Shown here piece after piece: positions 16,537-26,015 of a stretch of 64,000 nucleotides of DNA. Source of the DNA: Vulcanimicrobiota bacterium (GTDB lineage Bacteria > Vulcanimicrobiota > Xenobia > Xenobiales > JADMJV01). Position numbers and translations under genes: made by a program. The stretch is from contig JBFWNU010000007.1 in the NCBI GenBank assembly GCA_050250895.1, forward strand, positions 320,001 through 384,000, given 5' to 3'. The notes below the pieces were generated by a model that had not been told where the DNA came from, made no database searches, and saw nothing but the letters and a program-made list of their open reading frames with translations. Position 1 is the first letter of the stretch. Every line of letters begins with the position of its first letter.

Positions 16537-19019
16537 ATCAATATCGCCAGAAGCGCGATTTCGAAGCGACCTCCGAGCCGACTCCGGGCGAGCCGACGGT
16601 TTCCGGCGTGCGGCGCTTCTGTCTCCAGCGGCATCGGGCTCGCCGACTACACTATGATCTGCGACTCGAGTTCGAGGGGGTGCTCAAGTCGTGGGCTTTG
16701 CCCAAAGGGCCAACGCTGACGCCCCTCGAGAAGCGCTTGGCCGTGCCCACCGAAGACCACCCACTGGAATATCTCGAGTGGGAAGGGGTCATTCCTCCGG
16801 GACAGTACGGAGCCGGCACCATGCTGGTGTTCGATCGGGGTCACTACGAACTGTTGGGTGAGGGTGACATGGCCGCCCAACTCGAGCGCGGTGATCTCAA
16901 GCTTTGCTTGCATGGCCGCAAAGTTCGGGGAGAGTTTGCGCTGGTCAGGACCAGTTCGGACCAGTGGCTGATGATCAAGAAGAAAGACGCCATGGCCGAC
17001 CCGGCCTGGGAGCCGGAAGAGCACGTCTGGAGTGTGGTTAGCGGCTGCACCGAGGCCGAGATCGAAGCCGGCCGTCGCCGACCGGGTCCACATCTCACCA
17101 CCTGCCCCGACAAAGCGCGTCCCGCCGACCTGCCCACCAGCCTATCACCCATGTTGGCCCGCAATGCCAACCCGTTTGATAGTCCGGACTGGTTGTTCGA
17201 GATGAAGTGGGACGGTTTTCGAGCGTTGTGCTTTGGTCAGGACGGCCGCTTGCGAGTGATGACCCGGCGCGGCAATTCGCTGACGCGACAGTTTCCCGAG
17301 TTGGAGCGGCTCAAGACCCAGGTGGCGGCCGAGAGTTTCTTGCTCGACGGCGAGTTGGTAGCCCTCGATGACGAAGGCGTTCCCGACTTTCAAAAGCTGT
17401 TACCCAGGATGCACTCCGAGCACCGGGCGACGGTGGCTCAACTGGCCAGGACCCGACCGGCCGTGCTCTATCTCTTTGATGTGCTCCATCTCGACGGGTT
17501 CGACCTGACCGGGATGCCGTTGGTCGAGCGTCGTCGTCTGTTGCTCGAAGTGGTTCGCCCCGATGGCGTGATTCGCATTTCGGACACCATCGAGGAGCAC
17601 GGCAGGGCCTTTTTCGAACTGGTTCGAGAACGCGGTCTGGAAGGCATCGTGGCTAAGCGCAAGGCCAGCAGCTACACTTGTGGTCGCAGCGATGATTGGC
17701 TCAAGATCAAGGTCAGCCAGACCCTGGACTGCCTGGTTTGCGGCTTTACGGCCCCCAAGGGCGGACGCATCCGCTTCGGCTCGCTGGTATTGGGGCGGTT
17801 TCGCGAGGGCAAGTTGGTGCATGTGGGCAACGCCGGCTCGGGCTTTAGCCAGGCTTTGTTACAAGAGGTGAGCGAGAGTTTGAGCGAACTCGTCATCGAC
17901 ACCTGCCCTCTCGAGCCGGTCCCCAAGCTCGACGATCCGGTCACCTGGGTGCGCCCCGAGTTGGTCTGCGAGGTGAAATACGCTGGCTGGAGCGACTCGG
18001 GAGTGATCCGCTTCCCGGTCTTTTTACGCCTGCGACCCGACCTGCGGGCCGACGATTGTCGACCCCGCCAGGCCCCGCTACCGGTGGCCATCCGCAAGTC
18101 GGGGGTGGTCTATCGCGAGGTGGACGGCTACCGGCTAAAACTCACCAATCTCGAAAAGGTGCTGTTTCCGGCTGACGGAATTACCAAAGGTGACCTGGTC
18201 GACTATTACGACCGGGTGGCCGGTCTGATTTTGCCTCATCTCAAGGACCGGGTTCTTTCCCTCAAGCGTTATCCCGACGGGATCGAAGGCGACTTCTTTT
18301 TCCAGAAACGGCCTCGCAACGAGTTTCCCGAGTGGATCGAGACGGCCGAGTTGGAAAAGTCCGACGGTACCGAAGTGGAGGGAATCCTCTGTAACAACCG
18401 GGCCACTTTGCTCTATCTGGCCAACCTGGCTTGCATCGACCAAAATCCGACCTTGAGCCGGGTGGGCACTCTCGAACAGCCCGACGTGATCCTATTTGAT
18501 CTCGACCCCTCGGATTGTAGCTTCGCCGAGATGATCGAGGCCGCTCAAATCCTGGAGGGGATTCTCACCAGCCTTGGGCTGAAGTCGTTTCCCAAGACCA
18601 GCGGCTCTCGGGGTATCCACATCTATGTGCCGGTCGGACCGGGCTATAGCTTCGATCAGACGCGCTTGTTCGTCCAGGTGGTGATCCAGGTGGCGGCGGG
18701 TCTTCGCCGTGACCTGTTCACTCTGCCTCGGGTGCCAGGCAAGCGGGCCCCGGGTAAGGTGTACATCGACTATCCGCAGAACCGCAAGGGTGGGACCACT
18801 GCAGGGCCTTACGTGGTTCGAGCCGTGGCCGGAGCCCCGGTTTCTACCCCCCTGGCATGGTCAGAGCTTAAAGCCGACCTGGATTTCCACGCCTTTAACC
18901 TGCGCACCGCCCCGGCCCGGTTTGAAAAGGTCGGAGACTTGCTGGCGCCGGTCCTGACTCTCAAACAGCGCCTGGAGGAGCCCATCGCCCGGCTCGAGGC
19001 CATGCTCGTGTCGGGCTAG
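16527..19019 (+). CDS. ligD: DNA ligase D (phosphoesterase - ligase - polymerase)
   Basis: PE domain HRARRLHYDLRLE and SWALPKGP; ligase EMKWDGFR, LDGE, EGIVAK, WLKIK; Pol domain RYPDG, FDLDP, KTSGSRGIH, VSTPL. Confidence 0.97.
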   Translation: MSLDQYRQKRDFEATSEPTPGEPTVSGVRRFCLQRHRARRLHYDLRLEFEGVLKSWALPKGPTLTPLEKRLAVPTEDHPLEYLEWEGVIPPGQYGAGTMLVFDRGHYELLGEGDMAAQLERGDLKLCLHGRKVRGEFALVRTSSDQWLMIKKKDAMADPAWEPEEHVWSVVSGCTEAEIEAGRRRPGPHLTTCPDKARPADLPTSLSPMLARNANPFDSPDWLFEMKWDGFRALCFGQDGRLRVMTRRGNSLTRQFPELERLKTQVAAESFLLDGELVALDDEGVPDFQKLLPRMHSEHRATVAQLARTRPAVLYLFDVLHLDGFDLTGMPLVERRRLLLEVVRPDGVIRISDTIEEHGRAFFELVRERGLEGIVAKRKASSYTCGRSDDWLKIKVSQTLDCLVCGFTAPKGGRIRFGSLVLGRFREGKLVHVGNAGSGFSQALLQEVSESLSELVIDTCPLEPVPKLDDPVTWVRPELVCEVKYAGWSDSGVIRFPVFLRLRPDLRADDCRPRQAPLPVAIRKSGVVYREVDGYRLKLTNLEKVLFPADGITKGDLVDYYDRVAGLILPHLKDRVLSLKRYPDGIEGDFFFQKRPRNEFPEWIETAELEKSDGTEVEGILCNNRATLLYLANLACIDQNPTLSRVGTLEQPDVILFDLDPSDCSFAEMIEAAQILEGILTSLGLKSFPKTSGSRGIHIYVPVGPGYSFDQTRLFVQVVIQVAAGLRRDLFTLPRVPGKRAPGKVYIDYPQNRKGGTTAGPYVVRAVAGAPVSTPLAWSELKADLDFHAFNLRTAPARFEKVGDLLAPVLTLKQRLEEPIARLEAMLVSG

Positions 19020-20011
19020 CGGCTCAACCGATAGGTATGGTCATTCCAACCGGGACCATCGCTACTAACCCGATCTTGCCCGTAGGTGAGGGTGTAGTCA
19101 TCCCAGCCGGGACCGTCGACTTCGATGCGGTTGCCGTGACGCGTCAAGTCGTAGTCGTTCAAGCCGGGGCCGTCGATCTGAATCAGGTCGCCCCGGCGGG
19201 TAATCGTGGTGTCGTTCCACAACGGCCCGTCGACCTCGATGCGATCAGGCGAGCGTTTGATATCGAAGCTGCCGGCGAACCCCGGCAACTGCACCCGCAC
19301 GACGTTGCCGTCGGCGCGGATACTGTAATCGTTCCAGAGAGGGCCATCAGCCCGGGTCTGATTGCCGGCCCGGACGAAGTCGAATCCACCCCCCACGTTG
19401 GGGCCGCGCAGGGTGGCCTTCGACCCGTCTTCATGGACGGTGTAGTTGTCCCACAGAGGCCCGTCGATCTCGATGCGTCCGCCGCTGCGGGTGATGTCGA
19501 AGTCGGCGCCCAGACGGCCGCGAGCCTCGAGTCGACTGTAGTCGTTGATCGCTGAGGTCTCGTCGAAAGCCAGGCTCGGCACCAACACCAGATTGCCGTT
19601 GGTGTCGTGGAACAGACCCTGGCCCAGATAGATGCCAAAGGCGGAGTAGGGGACGTTCTCGGTATCACCGTCGGAGTCTTCGGTGGTCTGGCGCATCAGG
19701 TCCACCCGGGGCAAGCCGTGCGGGATCACCCGGAAACTCGGATCGGGCAGCGTCAGGCTGTCACTCATCGATTGGCTCAAGCTGGCTTCGGCAGGAGCAG
19801 CCTGGGCGGTTGCGGCCAGACCCAGCAGGGCACCGGTCACGGCCAATCCTGCCAGCGCACCCTGGGCCAGCCAGTGCCGGTCTGTCTGCAGGGGAGCCGG
19901 GTCGGTCTGCACCCGCAGGTCCACCGGGCCCGGAGCGGGTTGTTGGTCGGCCCCTGGCGGGGTCAGGCGTCGGAGGGCGAGTGGTTGGACCCCTTCTGCT
20001 TTACGAACCAT
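19016..20011 (-). CDS. hypothetical protein: N-terminal leader, one hydrophobic helix, C-terminal 19-20-aa 'DGP(L/G)W(N/D)D' repeats
   Basis: 331-aa ORF with about nine beta-rich tandem repeats from residue 160 to the end. Confidence 0.8.
   Translation of the reverse strand: MVRKAEGVQPLALRRLTPPGADQQPAPGPVDLRVQTDPAPLQTDRHWLAQGALAGLAVTGALLGLAATAQAAPAEASLSQSMSDSLTLPDPSFRVIPHGLPRVDLMRQTTEDSDGDTENVPYSAFGIYLGQGLFHDTNGNLVLVPSLAFDETSAINDYSRLEARGRLGADFDITRSGGRIEIDGPLWDNYTVHEDGSKATLRGPNVGGGFDFVRAGNQTRADGPLWNDYSIRADGNVVRVQLPGFAGSFDIKRSPDRIEVDGPLWNDTTITRRGDLIQIDGPGLNDYDLTRHGNRIEVDGPGWDDYTLTYGQDRVSSDGPGWNDHTYRLSR
19019..19534 (-). repeat. intragenic tandem repeat, about 9 x 57-60 nt
   Basis: Units such as RIEIDGPLWDNYTVHEDGS, RIEVDGPLWNDTTITRRGD and RIEVDGPGWDDYTLTYGQD. 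Confidence 0.8.
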
Positions 20012-20087
20012 GGTTGCACGTTAGGCAAGTCGGGCCGCCGAGGGTTTGCCGCCAGGTTAACTTTTGCAGAGCGTGGAAAGGGACGGG

Positions 20088-20375
20088 ATGAAGTGTCCAT
20101 CTTGCGGGCAACGCTGCGAAGGCAAATCGCGTTGCCCAAAATGCGGCCGCACCCTGAGTCCCGGAGGTGGGTCACGCTCTAGGCTGTGGTTGATCTTGCT
20201 GAGCCTGGTGCTGGTGGCCATGGTAGGGGCCGGAGTCGCCTTTTGGATGCACCCTGAGTGGCTGCCTCCGTCGGTGCGAGAGCGCCTCATGCCACCACCG
20301 GCCTCACAGACCAGCTCGGTGACGGCGGATCAGATTGCCCAGATAGGCTGTGGACCACAGCTGATAGGTATTTGA
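20088..20375 (+). CDS. small zinc-ribbon membrane protein
   Basis: MKCPSCG...CPKCG followed by one TM helix. The 3' end overlaps the convergent gene by 72 nt. Confidence 0.65.
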   Translation: MKCPSCGQRCEGKSRCPKCGRTLSPGGGSRSRLWLILLSLVLVAMVGAGVAFWMHPEWLPPSVRERLMPPPASQTSSVTADQIAQIGCGPQLIGI

Positions 20376-22256
20376 TTCGGTCTCGTCGCCGGCCGCGCCG
20401 TAGGCGACCGCCTTCCAGCCGGAAGGACCCACTTTGAAGCCCCAGAGTTCGGTGTTGGCCAGCCTTCCGGCTTGCCCTTCGGCTCGCGCCAGACTGGCCA
20501 GGGCGGCCTCCAGTCGCGGAGCCAGGGCAGGGTAAGCCTCTCGTTGCTTGAGCAGGCCGGCCGTCAATAGAGCTGATTGCCACGACCAGATCACGGTTCC
20601 GTGATAAGAGTTGTGGCCCAGGCTCTTCCAGTGTTTGGTATTGATGCTAAAAGCCGGATTGGCGGCCAGCGGGCCCACGGGCGTCATGATGCCGACGGGG
20701 TAGGGCAGCTCGAGCAGCGTCAACATCTGCTCGACCCGCTCCTGGCTGGGATTGGAAAAAAACAACAGAAACCCGATGTCGCTGTTGACCACCTCGACGG
20801 GTTTGCCGGCGGCGTCGAGCGACAGGGCCGGAAAGGTCAGCCCGGCGGCCGGGCCGGGCCAGGCTGCCCCCTCCAAGAATTTCGCCACGGTGACACCCGA
20901 GGCCAGGCTTTCGGCTTTGAGGGCGCCTTGCTCTTCGGCTGGCAACGAAGCCAGATAGGCGGTCAGTCGAGTGCGCAAGGTGAGGGGGTCGATGGTGACC
21001 CAGAAGGGCTGCGCCAGACCCGGCCAGCGAGCCAGTTGGGCCTCAGCCCGGGCCACTTGAGCCGGTTTGCCACTGCGCCGAACGGCCTCTAGAGCGGCCG
21101 GGACCAGGCAGAAGTTGACGTTGCCCGAATAGACGCCACCGCCCATGCCTTCTTCCGAATCACGCCAGTCGCCCACTTTAAGGCCCGGGCCGATGGGCAC
21201 CAGGCCCTGCTCTGCTTGGCTGAGGACCAGTTCTCGGTTGAGGTCGAGCTTGGCCGAATCCAGGCTGGCGATCTGTTGGGCGTCGAGCACCTCGAGCACG
21301 ACGATGGGCAAGAGAAAGTCGTCGTCCACCATCTTGTAGTCATAGATGGGCTCGGCGCTGACCTCGCCTTGACGCAGGTGTTGATAGAGCGCCCACTCGC
21401 CGAGGTCTTCCTCGTGGGCGACCTGGCCCTGGGGTGAGAGTCGGGCCAACACGCTCTGGATCCCGGCCATCTTGACTGGAGCCTTGACAGCTGGCGCCAG
21501 CAGCGCCAGGCTGATGAGGGTGTCGCGGCCGAAATAGGTGAGAAAGCGCCACGAGCCCGCCATGAACTTTTCGCGGCTGACCAGAAATCGCAGCGCCCTG
21601 CGCGCCTGGGTCCCACGCTCGTCAAGTAGAGCTTCGGTTTCGGGAGTGATCAGCTTGCCCTCGAACTCGGGCAGGGGCTCGAACGGCAGATGAATGCGCA
21701 GGGTAACCGGAAACGCTGCCGGAGCCGTAAACTCGAAGCCGCCACGGTCGGGAGCCGCGTCGACCTGGGGCGGAAAAGTCCAGACAGCCTGGCAGAGAGC
21801 TCCCGTGAACAGCTTGCGTCGCACCGTCAGTCGACCGGTATCGCTGATCGTCGCCTCACGACAGCGCTCGTCCTCGAGCCCCGCTTTGTTTCGCTCTTGA
21901 CGGACGCGATTGCCGAACTGGGGATCGTGACTCCGTTCGCGGATAGCCCGCAGGCTATCGATCATCACATCCTGGCAGCGCAGTCCGGGCTTGATTTCGG
22001 CCTCGATGACGATGGCCTGGCCGGTCTGAACTTTCTCAGGAGAAACCGACTTGATGACGAGTTTGTCGGGTTGGTCGAGCCAGAAGGCTACCCCCGAGTT
22101 TTCGGCGGGAAAGGCGGCCACCAACCGGCCGTCCTTGAAGGTGACATGGCATGCCATTCCTTCCTCGGATAGGATCCACTCGGCCTGGTGGCTGGTTTGG
22201 GACCAGGCAGGGCCGCAGGCCAGCAGCAGCAACAGCAAAAGAGAAAGTTTCGGCAT
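20304..22256 (-). CDS. secreted six-hairpin glycosidase / glycogen-debranching-like protein
   Basis: Signal peptide MPKLSLLLLLLLACGPAWS; KFMAGSWRFLTYFGRDT; AHEEDLGE; YDYKMVDDDFLL; GDWRDS; YHGTVIWSWQ; ESN..QLWST. Confidence 0.7.
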   Translation of the reverse strand: MPKLSLLLLLLLACGPAWSQTSHQAEWILSEEGMACHVTFKDGRLVAAFPAENSGVAFWLDQPDKLVIKSVSPEKVQTGQAIVIEAEIKPGLRCQDVMIDSLRAIRERSHDPQFGNRVRQERNKAGLEDERCREATISDTGRLTVRRKLFTGALCQAVWTFPPQVDAAPDRGGFEFTAPAAFPVTLRIHLPFEPLPEFEGKLITPETEALLDERGTQARRALRFLVSREKFMAGSWRFLTYFGRDTLISLALLAPAVKAPVKMAGIQSVLARLSPQGQVAHEEDLGEWALYQHLRQGEVSAEPIYDYKMVDDDFLLPIVVLEVLDAQQIASLDSAKLDLNRELVLSQAEQGLVPIGPGLKVGDWRDSEEGMGGGVYSGNVNFCLVPAALEAVRRSGKPAQVARAEAQLARWPGLAQPFWVTIDPLTLRTRLTAYLASLPAEEQGALKAESLASGVTVAKFLEGAAWPGPAAGLTFPALSLDAAGKPVEVVNSDIGFLLFFSNPSQERVEQMLTLLELPYPVGIMTPVGPLAANPAFSINTKHWKSLGHNSYHGTVIWSWQSALLTAGLLKQREAYPALAPRLEAALASLARAEGQAGRLANTELWGFKVGPSGWKAVAYGAAGDETESNTYQLWSTAYLGNLIRRHRAGL

Positions 22257-22295
22257 CGATGAGCGTTCGCCCTCGAGGGCAAAGCTCTTGCAAGC

Positions 22296-22862
22296 TCACC
22301 ACCGGCACTCTGACTTTAGGGCCCGGGCCAACTGGCGGTGGTATTCTCGCCGGCTGATGAGGACCGAACCAAAGGCCTGCATGTGGGCCGATTGCTGCTG
22401 GCAATCGAGCAACCCGAACCCTCGCTCGCGCAGATGCTCGACCAGATGGACCACGCACGCCTTCGATGCATCGCTGGCCCGATGAAACATCGACTCGCCG
22501 AAGAAGGCGCCTCCCAGGACCACCCCATAGAGGCCCCCCACCAGGCGGTTTTCCTTCCAGGCCTCGACCGTCCTCACAAAGCCGCGCTCGAAAAGCCGGC
22601 TGTAGATGGCGATGATCTCCTCCGAGATCCAGGTGCTGGCGCGATCGGCGCAGCCCCGAATCACCCCCTCGAAATCGCGATCTCGACAAAGCTCGAACGG
22701 CTGGGATTTGAGTCTTCTGGCCAGCCTGGCGGGGCAGTGAAAACGCTCCAGGGGCAACACCGCTCTTGGATAAGCGGTATAGAAGGAATAGCCGCCCCCC
22801 TCGTCGGCCATCGGAAACAGGCCCTGGGTATAGCCAAGCAAGACCTCTTCGAGCGGGTTCAC
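22296..22862 (-). CDS. aat: leucyl/phenylalanyl-tRNA--protein transferase
   Basis: YTQGLFPMA, TWIS, EAW...LVGGLYGVVLGGAFFGESMFH, DASK, LLDCQ. Confidence 0.95.
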   Translation of the reverse strand: MNPLEEVLLGYTQGLFPMADEGGGYSFYTAYPRAVLPLERFHCPARLARRLKSQPFELCRDRDFEGVIRGCADRASTWISEEIIAIYSRLFERGFVRTVEAWKENRLVGGLYGVVLGGAFFGESMFHRASDASKACVVHLVEHLRERGFGLLDCQQQSAHMQAFGSVLISRREYHRQLARALKSECRW

Positions 22863-24121
22863 TGGCGGGGACCGAGTACCTCGAACACTTCGACCGTGCT
22901 ACGTCGACCGCGAATCTCGCTGGTCCCCAGGCTGCGCGTCTCGAAGTCGTCGCGGACCTGTTGCTCGGTCGAACCTGCGATCAACACGTGCGCGTTGAAC
23001 TCGCGGGTCAGCTTCTCGATGCGCGAGGCCACGTTGGTGGTGTCGCCCATGGCCGCAAACTCGCGATGCCCGGTCACCCCGACATCACCGACCATGACCT
23101 CGCCGCTGGCGATGCCGATCCCGATCCTGAGCGACGGGCGATTCTGGCTCGCCCAGTTCTGGTTGAGTTGATCGAGGGCGACCAGCATCTTCAGCCCGGC
23201 CTGGACGGCGTGCAGGGCGTGGTCCTCGTCGGCATCCTCGGCCTGGGCGCCGAAGACTGCCATCATCGCGTCTCCGAGATAGGTCATCAAGATGCCCTGG
23301 TGGGCTACGATCACCGAGCCCAGACTCTTGTAGACCTCGTTAAGCTGGCTGATGGTCTCTTCCAGCGGGCGGCTCTCGGCCAACCTGGTGTAGTCCCAGA
23401 TATCAGAAAAGAGGATGGTGGCTTCTTTGGGCAGCAGAGCTCGGGGTCGGGTGGTCGCCTTGTAAGTGCGAAAGCGAAGCAGTTGTTGCCCGATCTGAAT
23501 CAGGTCCTCGTCTTTGAGGATGCGCATGCCTTCGACCGGCTCGGCGTTGATCCAGGTCGGGTTGTCCGATTCGGGGCGCAGGGCAAAGACCCCGTCTTTG
23601 CTTTCAATGGTAGCGTGCACCCGCGAGACGGTGCGGTCGTCGAGGGTCACGATATTCTGGCGGCGCCCCTCACGGCCGATGGTGGCGGACTCGGTCAGGG
23701 TCCAGTGTTGGCGTCGATGGGGCTCGGTGTAACCCTCGAGAAAGGCCACATCTTCGCGCAATCGCACCAGCCGCACCTTTACCGAGGCGATGGTCAATTC
23801 GTCGTTGGGCTTGAGTTGGCGGAAGGTGGCCACCTCGCCGTTGACCTGGATGGGGAAGGCGGGATTGATGTTGTTGAAATAGACCTGGCCCTGAATCAGC
23901 TTGAGCAGACCCTGGCGATTGGCCACCCCCGGTTCGTTCACCTCGATGTCGTTGTGCTTGTCACCCTCGCAACCGATGGTCATGTGCGAGTAGCATAGGG
24001 GGACGCGCCGCTCTCCGTCGGGACCGATCAGGTGCAGGTCAAATCCGGTCCGCAGCCATTGGCGCTCGGCGGAGAGGACGGTGTGGTCGGTCCGGATAGT
24101 GGAACGGTCGGAGTCGCTCAT
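22859..24121 (-). CDS. FHA-FHA-class III adenylate/guanylate cyclase
   Basis: FHA-like motifs TIGC...NDI...VANRQG (degenerate) and TIGR...VSRVHA; cyclase motifs ILFSDIWDYT, YLGDAMMAVFG, RIGIGIASG, GDTTNVASRIE. Confidence 0.9.
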   Translation of the reverse strand: MSDSDRSTIRTDHTVLSAERQWLRTGFDLHLIGPDGERRVPLCYSHMTIGCEGDKHNDIEVNEPGVANRQGLLKLIQGQVYFNNINPAFPIQVNGEVATFRQLKPNDELTIASVKVRLVRLREDVAFLEGYTEPHRRQHWTLTESATIGREGRRQNIVTLDDRTVSRVHATIESKDGVFALRPESDNPTWINAEPVEGMRILKDEDLIQIGQQLLRFRTYKATTRPRALLPKEATILFSDIWDYTRLAESRPLEETISQLNEVYKSLGSVIVAHQGILMTYLGDAMMAVFGAQAEDADEDHALHAVQAGLKMLVALDQLNQNWASQNRPSLRIGIGIASGEVMVGDVGVTGHREFAAMGDTTNVASRIEKLTREFNAHVLIAGSTEQQVRDDFETRSLGTSEIRGRRSTVEVFEVLGPRQ

Positions 24122-24258
24122 AGACCCCGCTGCTTTCTGCGCTGGCCCGGTTCTCCCTGGTGACGAGATGACAAGGTATGTCGCGGTTACGGACTCTGCG
24201 GTCAAGCGGCAGCCAGCGGCCCACAGGACACCACCTGCCCTCGTGGAACCTTGTCCGA

Positions 24259-25464
24259 GTGAGCGAAGATCGTGTCTTAGAGATAGGAGATCTGCTGCAG
24301 TCGCTGGCCAGCGAAGGTCGGGTCGATTCGACCGGCGGCTTTTCGCTCGATCCCAAGAAGGCCCTCGAGAAGCTTCAGGAGCGACGCTTCGAGAATCCGT
24401 TTTTCTACGTGCTCAAGCTGGTTCAGTCGGCGGTGAGCGGCGGAGCCCGTCGGGTCGACATCGAGGCCAACAGCCAGGCGGTCAAGTTGAGGTACGACGG
24501 CTGCGGGCTCGAGGCCGACTCGATGATGGAGTTGTTCGGCTTTCTCCTCGACGAGACGGGGCGCCGCGAAATTCGGCATTTGAAGCATCTGGCCGCGGGG
24601 GTGCACGGCTCTCTGGCGGTCAGTCCGCGTCGCCTCGAAGTCGAGTCGTGGGATGGCGAGCAGGGATTTCGCCACAAGTGGTCGGCCGGCGGTTGGCGAA
24701 ACGAGACGTTTTCGAGCAAAGGTGAACCGGCCATCGCGTTTCACCTCAGTCGTCAGGTCGGTCAGGTCCTGGCGGGCTGGCGTTCCATCGCGAATTCGGA
24801 TATCTGGGACCTGCTCCAGCGCAATCGTTCCACCATGGAGCGCGAACAGGCGGTGGTCTTCGACCGCTGTGTCTACGCTCCGGTGAGCCTTAGTCTCAAT
24901 GGACGTCCCCTCGAGGCGGCCGGCTTCGGGCAACCGCGCTTTCCCGGCTACGAGATCCACGAGGACGCAAATCCGCGCGAATCCCGAGCGCCCTGGTTTG
25001 TGCAGGTGCGCAATCGCGAAGCCTATGTCGAGGGTGCCGTGCACTGCAGTCATCACCTGATCGAGACCTATCTGCCCGTCGAAGACGGCAGCCTGGCCAG
25101 CCTGGCCAGGCCGGCCCAAAGCCATGCCACTGTTTGTCTGGATCAAGTTGGAGGGTCGGGCCAGCGCTGCCGGGCCTGGCTGGCCCTCGAGTCGGCCCTG
25201 AGGCCGCGTTCGAGAATCACCTATGTCGAGGACGGCGTGCTCATCAACCAGTTGAGCCCTGAACTGAATTGTCCCGGGGTGGTGGGGGTCATCTCTTGCG
25301 AGCACCTCACCAAGGACGTGTCCGGGTTCAAGCTGGTTGAAAATCAGGCTTTCGAAGAGCACCTCGAGTTGCTCCGGGCCGAGGCGCAAAAGTTGCGCCA
25401 GGCTCTGCTCGAGAATCTGCACCGCGTGCCGATCAGCGACTATGTTCGCCAGAGGTTGCAATGA
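24259..25464 (+). CDS. degenerate Hsp90/GHKL-like N-terminal domain protein
   Basis: DSTGGFSLDPKKALEKL...YVLKLVQSAV...YDG; C-terminal DGVL...PGVVGVISCEHLTKDVSG. Clearly paralogous to 30909..34934. Confidence 0.65.
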   Translation: MSEDRVLEIGDLLQSLASEGRVDSTGGFSLDPKKALEKLQERRFENPFFYVLKLVQSAVSGGARRVDIEANSQAVKLRYDGCGLEADSMMELFGFLLDETGRREIRHLKHLAAGVHGSLAVSPRRLEVESWDGEQGFRHKWSAGGWRNETFSSKGEPAIAFHLSRQVGQVLAGWRSIANSDIWDLLQRNRSTMEREQAVVFDRCVYAPVSLSLNGRPLEAAGFGQPRFPGYEIHEDANPRESRAPWFVQVRNREAYVEGAVHCSHHLIETYLPVEDGSLASLARPAQSHATVCLDQVGGSGQRCRAWLALESALRPRSRITYVEDGVLINQLSPELNCPGVVGVISCEHLTKDVSGFKLVENQAFEEHLELLRAEAQKLRQALLENLHRVPISDYVRQRLQ

Positions 25465-26015
25465 ACTTCGCCAGTTGGTGTGCTGCCGATCGCGACGGCC
25501 TGCTCTCGCAGGTGAACCGGCTGCAAAAGGCCTGGCTCGACAGCCCCGCCCTGGCCCTGGACTCGGTGCTCGAGGGGCTGGGGCTAGCGCCTGACCAACT
25601 GGTGGAGGAGCACTTGCGCCACCCTGACCAGCTGGGTCTGCCCGAGCTTTATGCCCGCCACACCAGGCTGGCCCTCGAGCTGGCCCGACAGCGCTGCCCC
25701 CAACACGACGCTCGTCACCAGTGGTCTTATGCGGCCATCTTTTGTATGCCCGAGCCGGCCCTGGTCCAGGCTCCCGATTTTCTCTGGTTGCTCGAGCCCA
25801 ATACCAGCCACGCTTTGCTGACGCAGCGGGTGGCGGGGGTGGCCAGGCGCTTTCTGGTGGAAGACCGACTGGCGCTGGCCCGTCTGGTGACAGCTCAGGT
25901 GATCGGCTTGCGGGGGTCCAGACTGGTGGCTACGGGCCAGACACCCCGTCTGGAGTCAGGCAATCAGCCGGGGCGCTATCGCAGTCGCAGCGCCGATCCT
26001 TTCGGCCTACGCTAG
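25461..26015 (+). CDS. hypothetical protein
   Basis: ATGA overlap with the upstream stop; 184 aa. Confidence 0.65.
   Translation: MNFASWCAADRDGLLSQVNRLQKAWLDSPALALDSVLEGLGLAPDQLVEEHLRHPDQLGLPELYARHTRLALELARQRCPQHDARHQWSYAAIFCMPEPALVQAPDFLWLLEPNTSHALLTQRVAGVARRFLVEDRLALARLVTAQVIGLRGSRLVATGQTPRLESGNQPGRYRSRSADPFGLR

Noticed and set aside
19016-19019. Convergent genes sharing overlapping stop codons (CTAG here and at 26012-26015; CTAA at 57945-57948)
   Set aside because: Common in compact genomes; no further signal.
19019-19534. Regularly spaced DNA repeats as a possible CRISPR array
   Set aside because: The repeats are degenerate, in frame and conserved at protein level; no cas genes are present.
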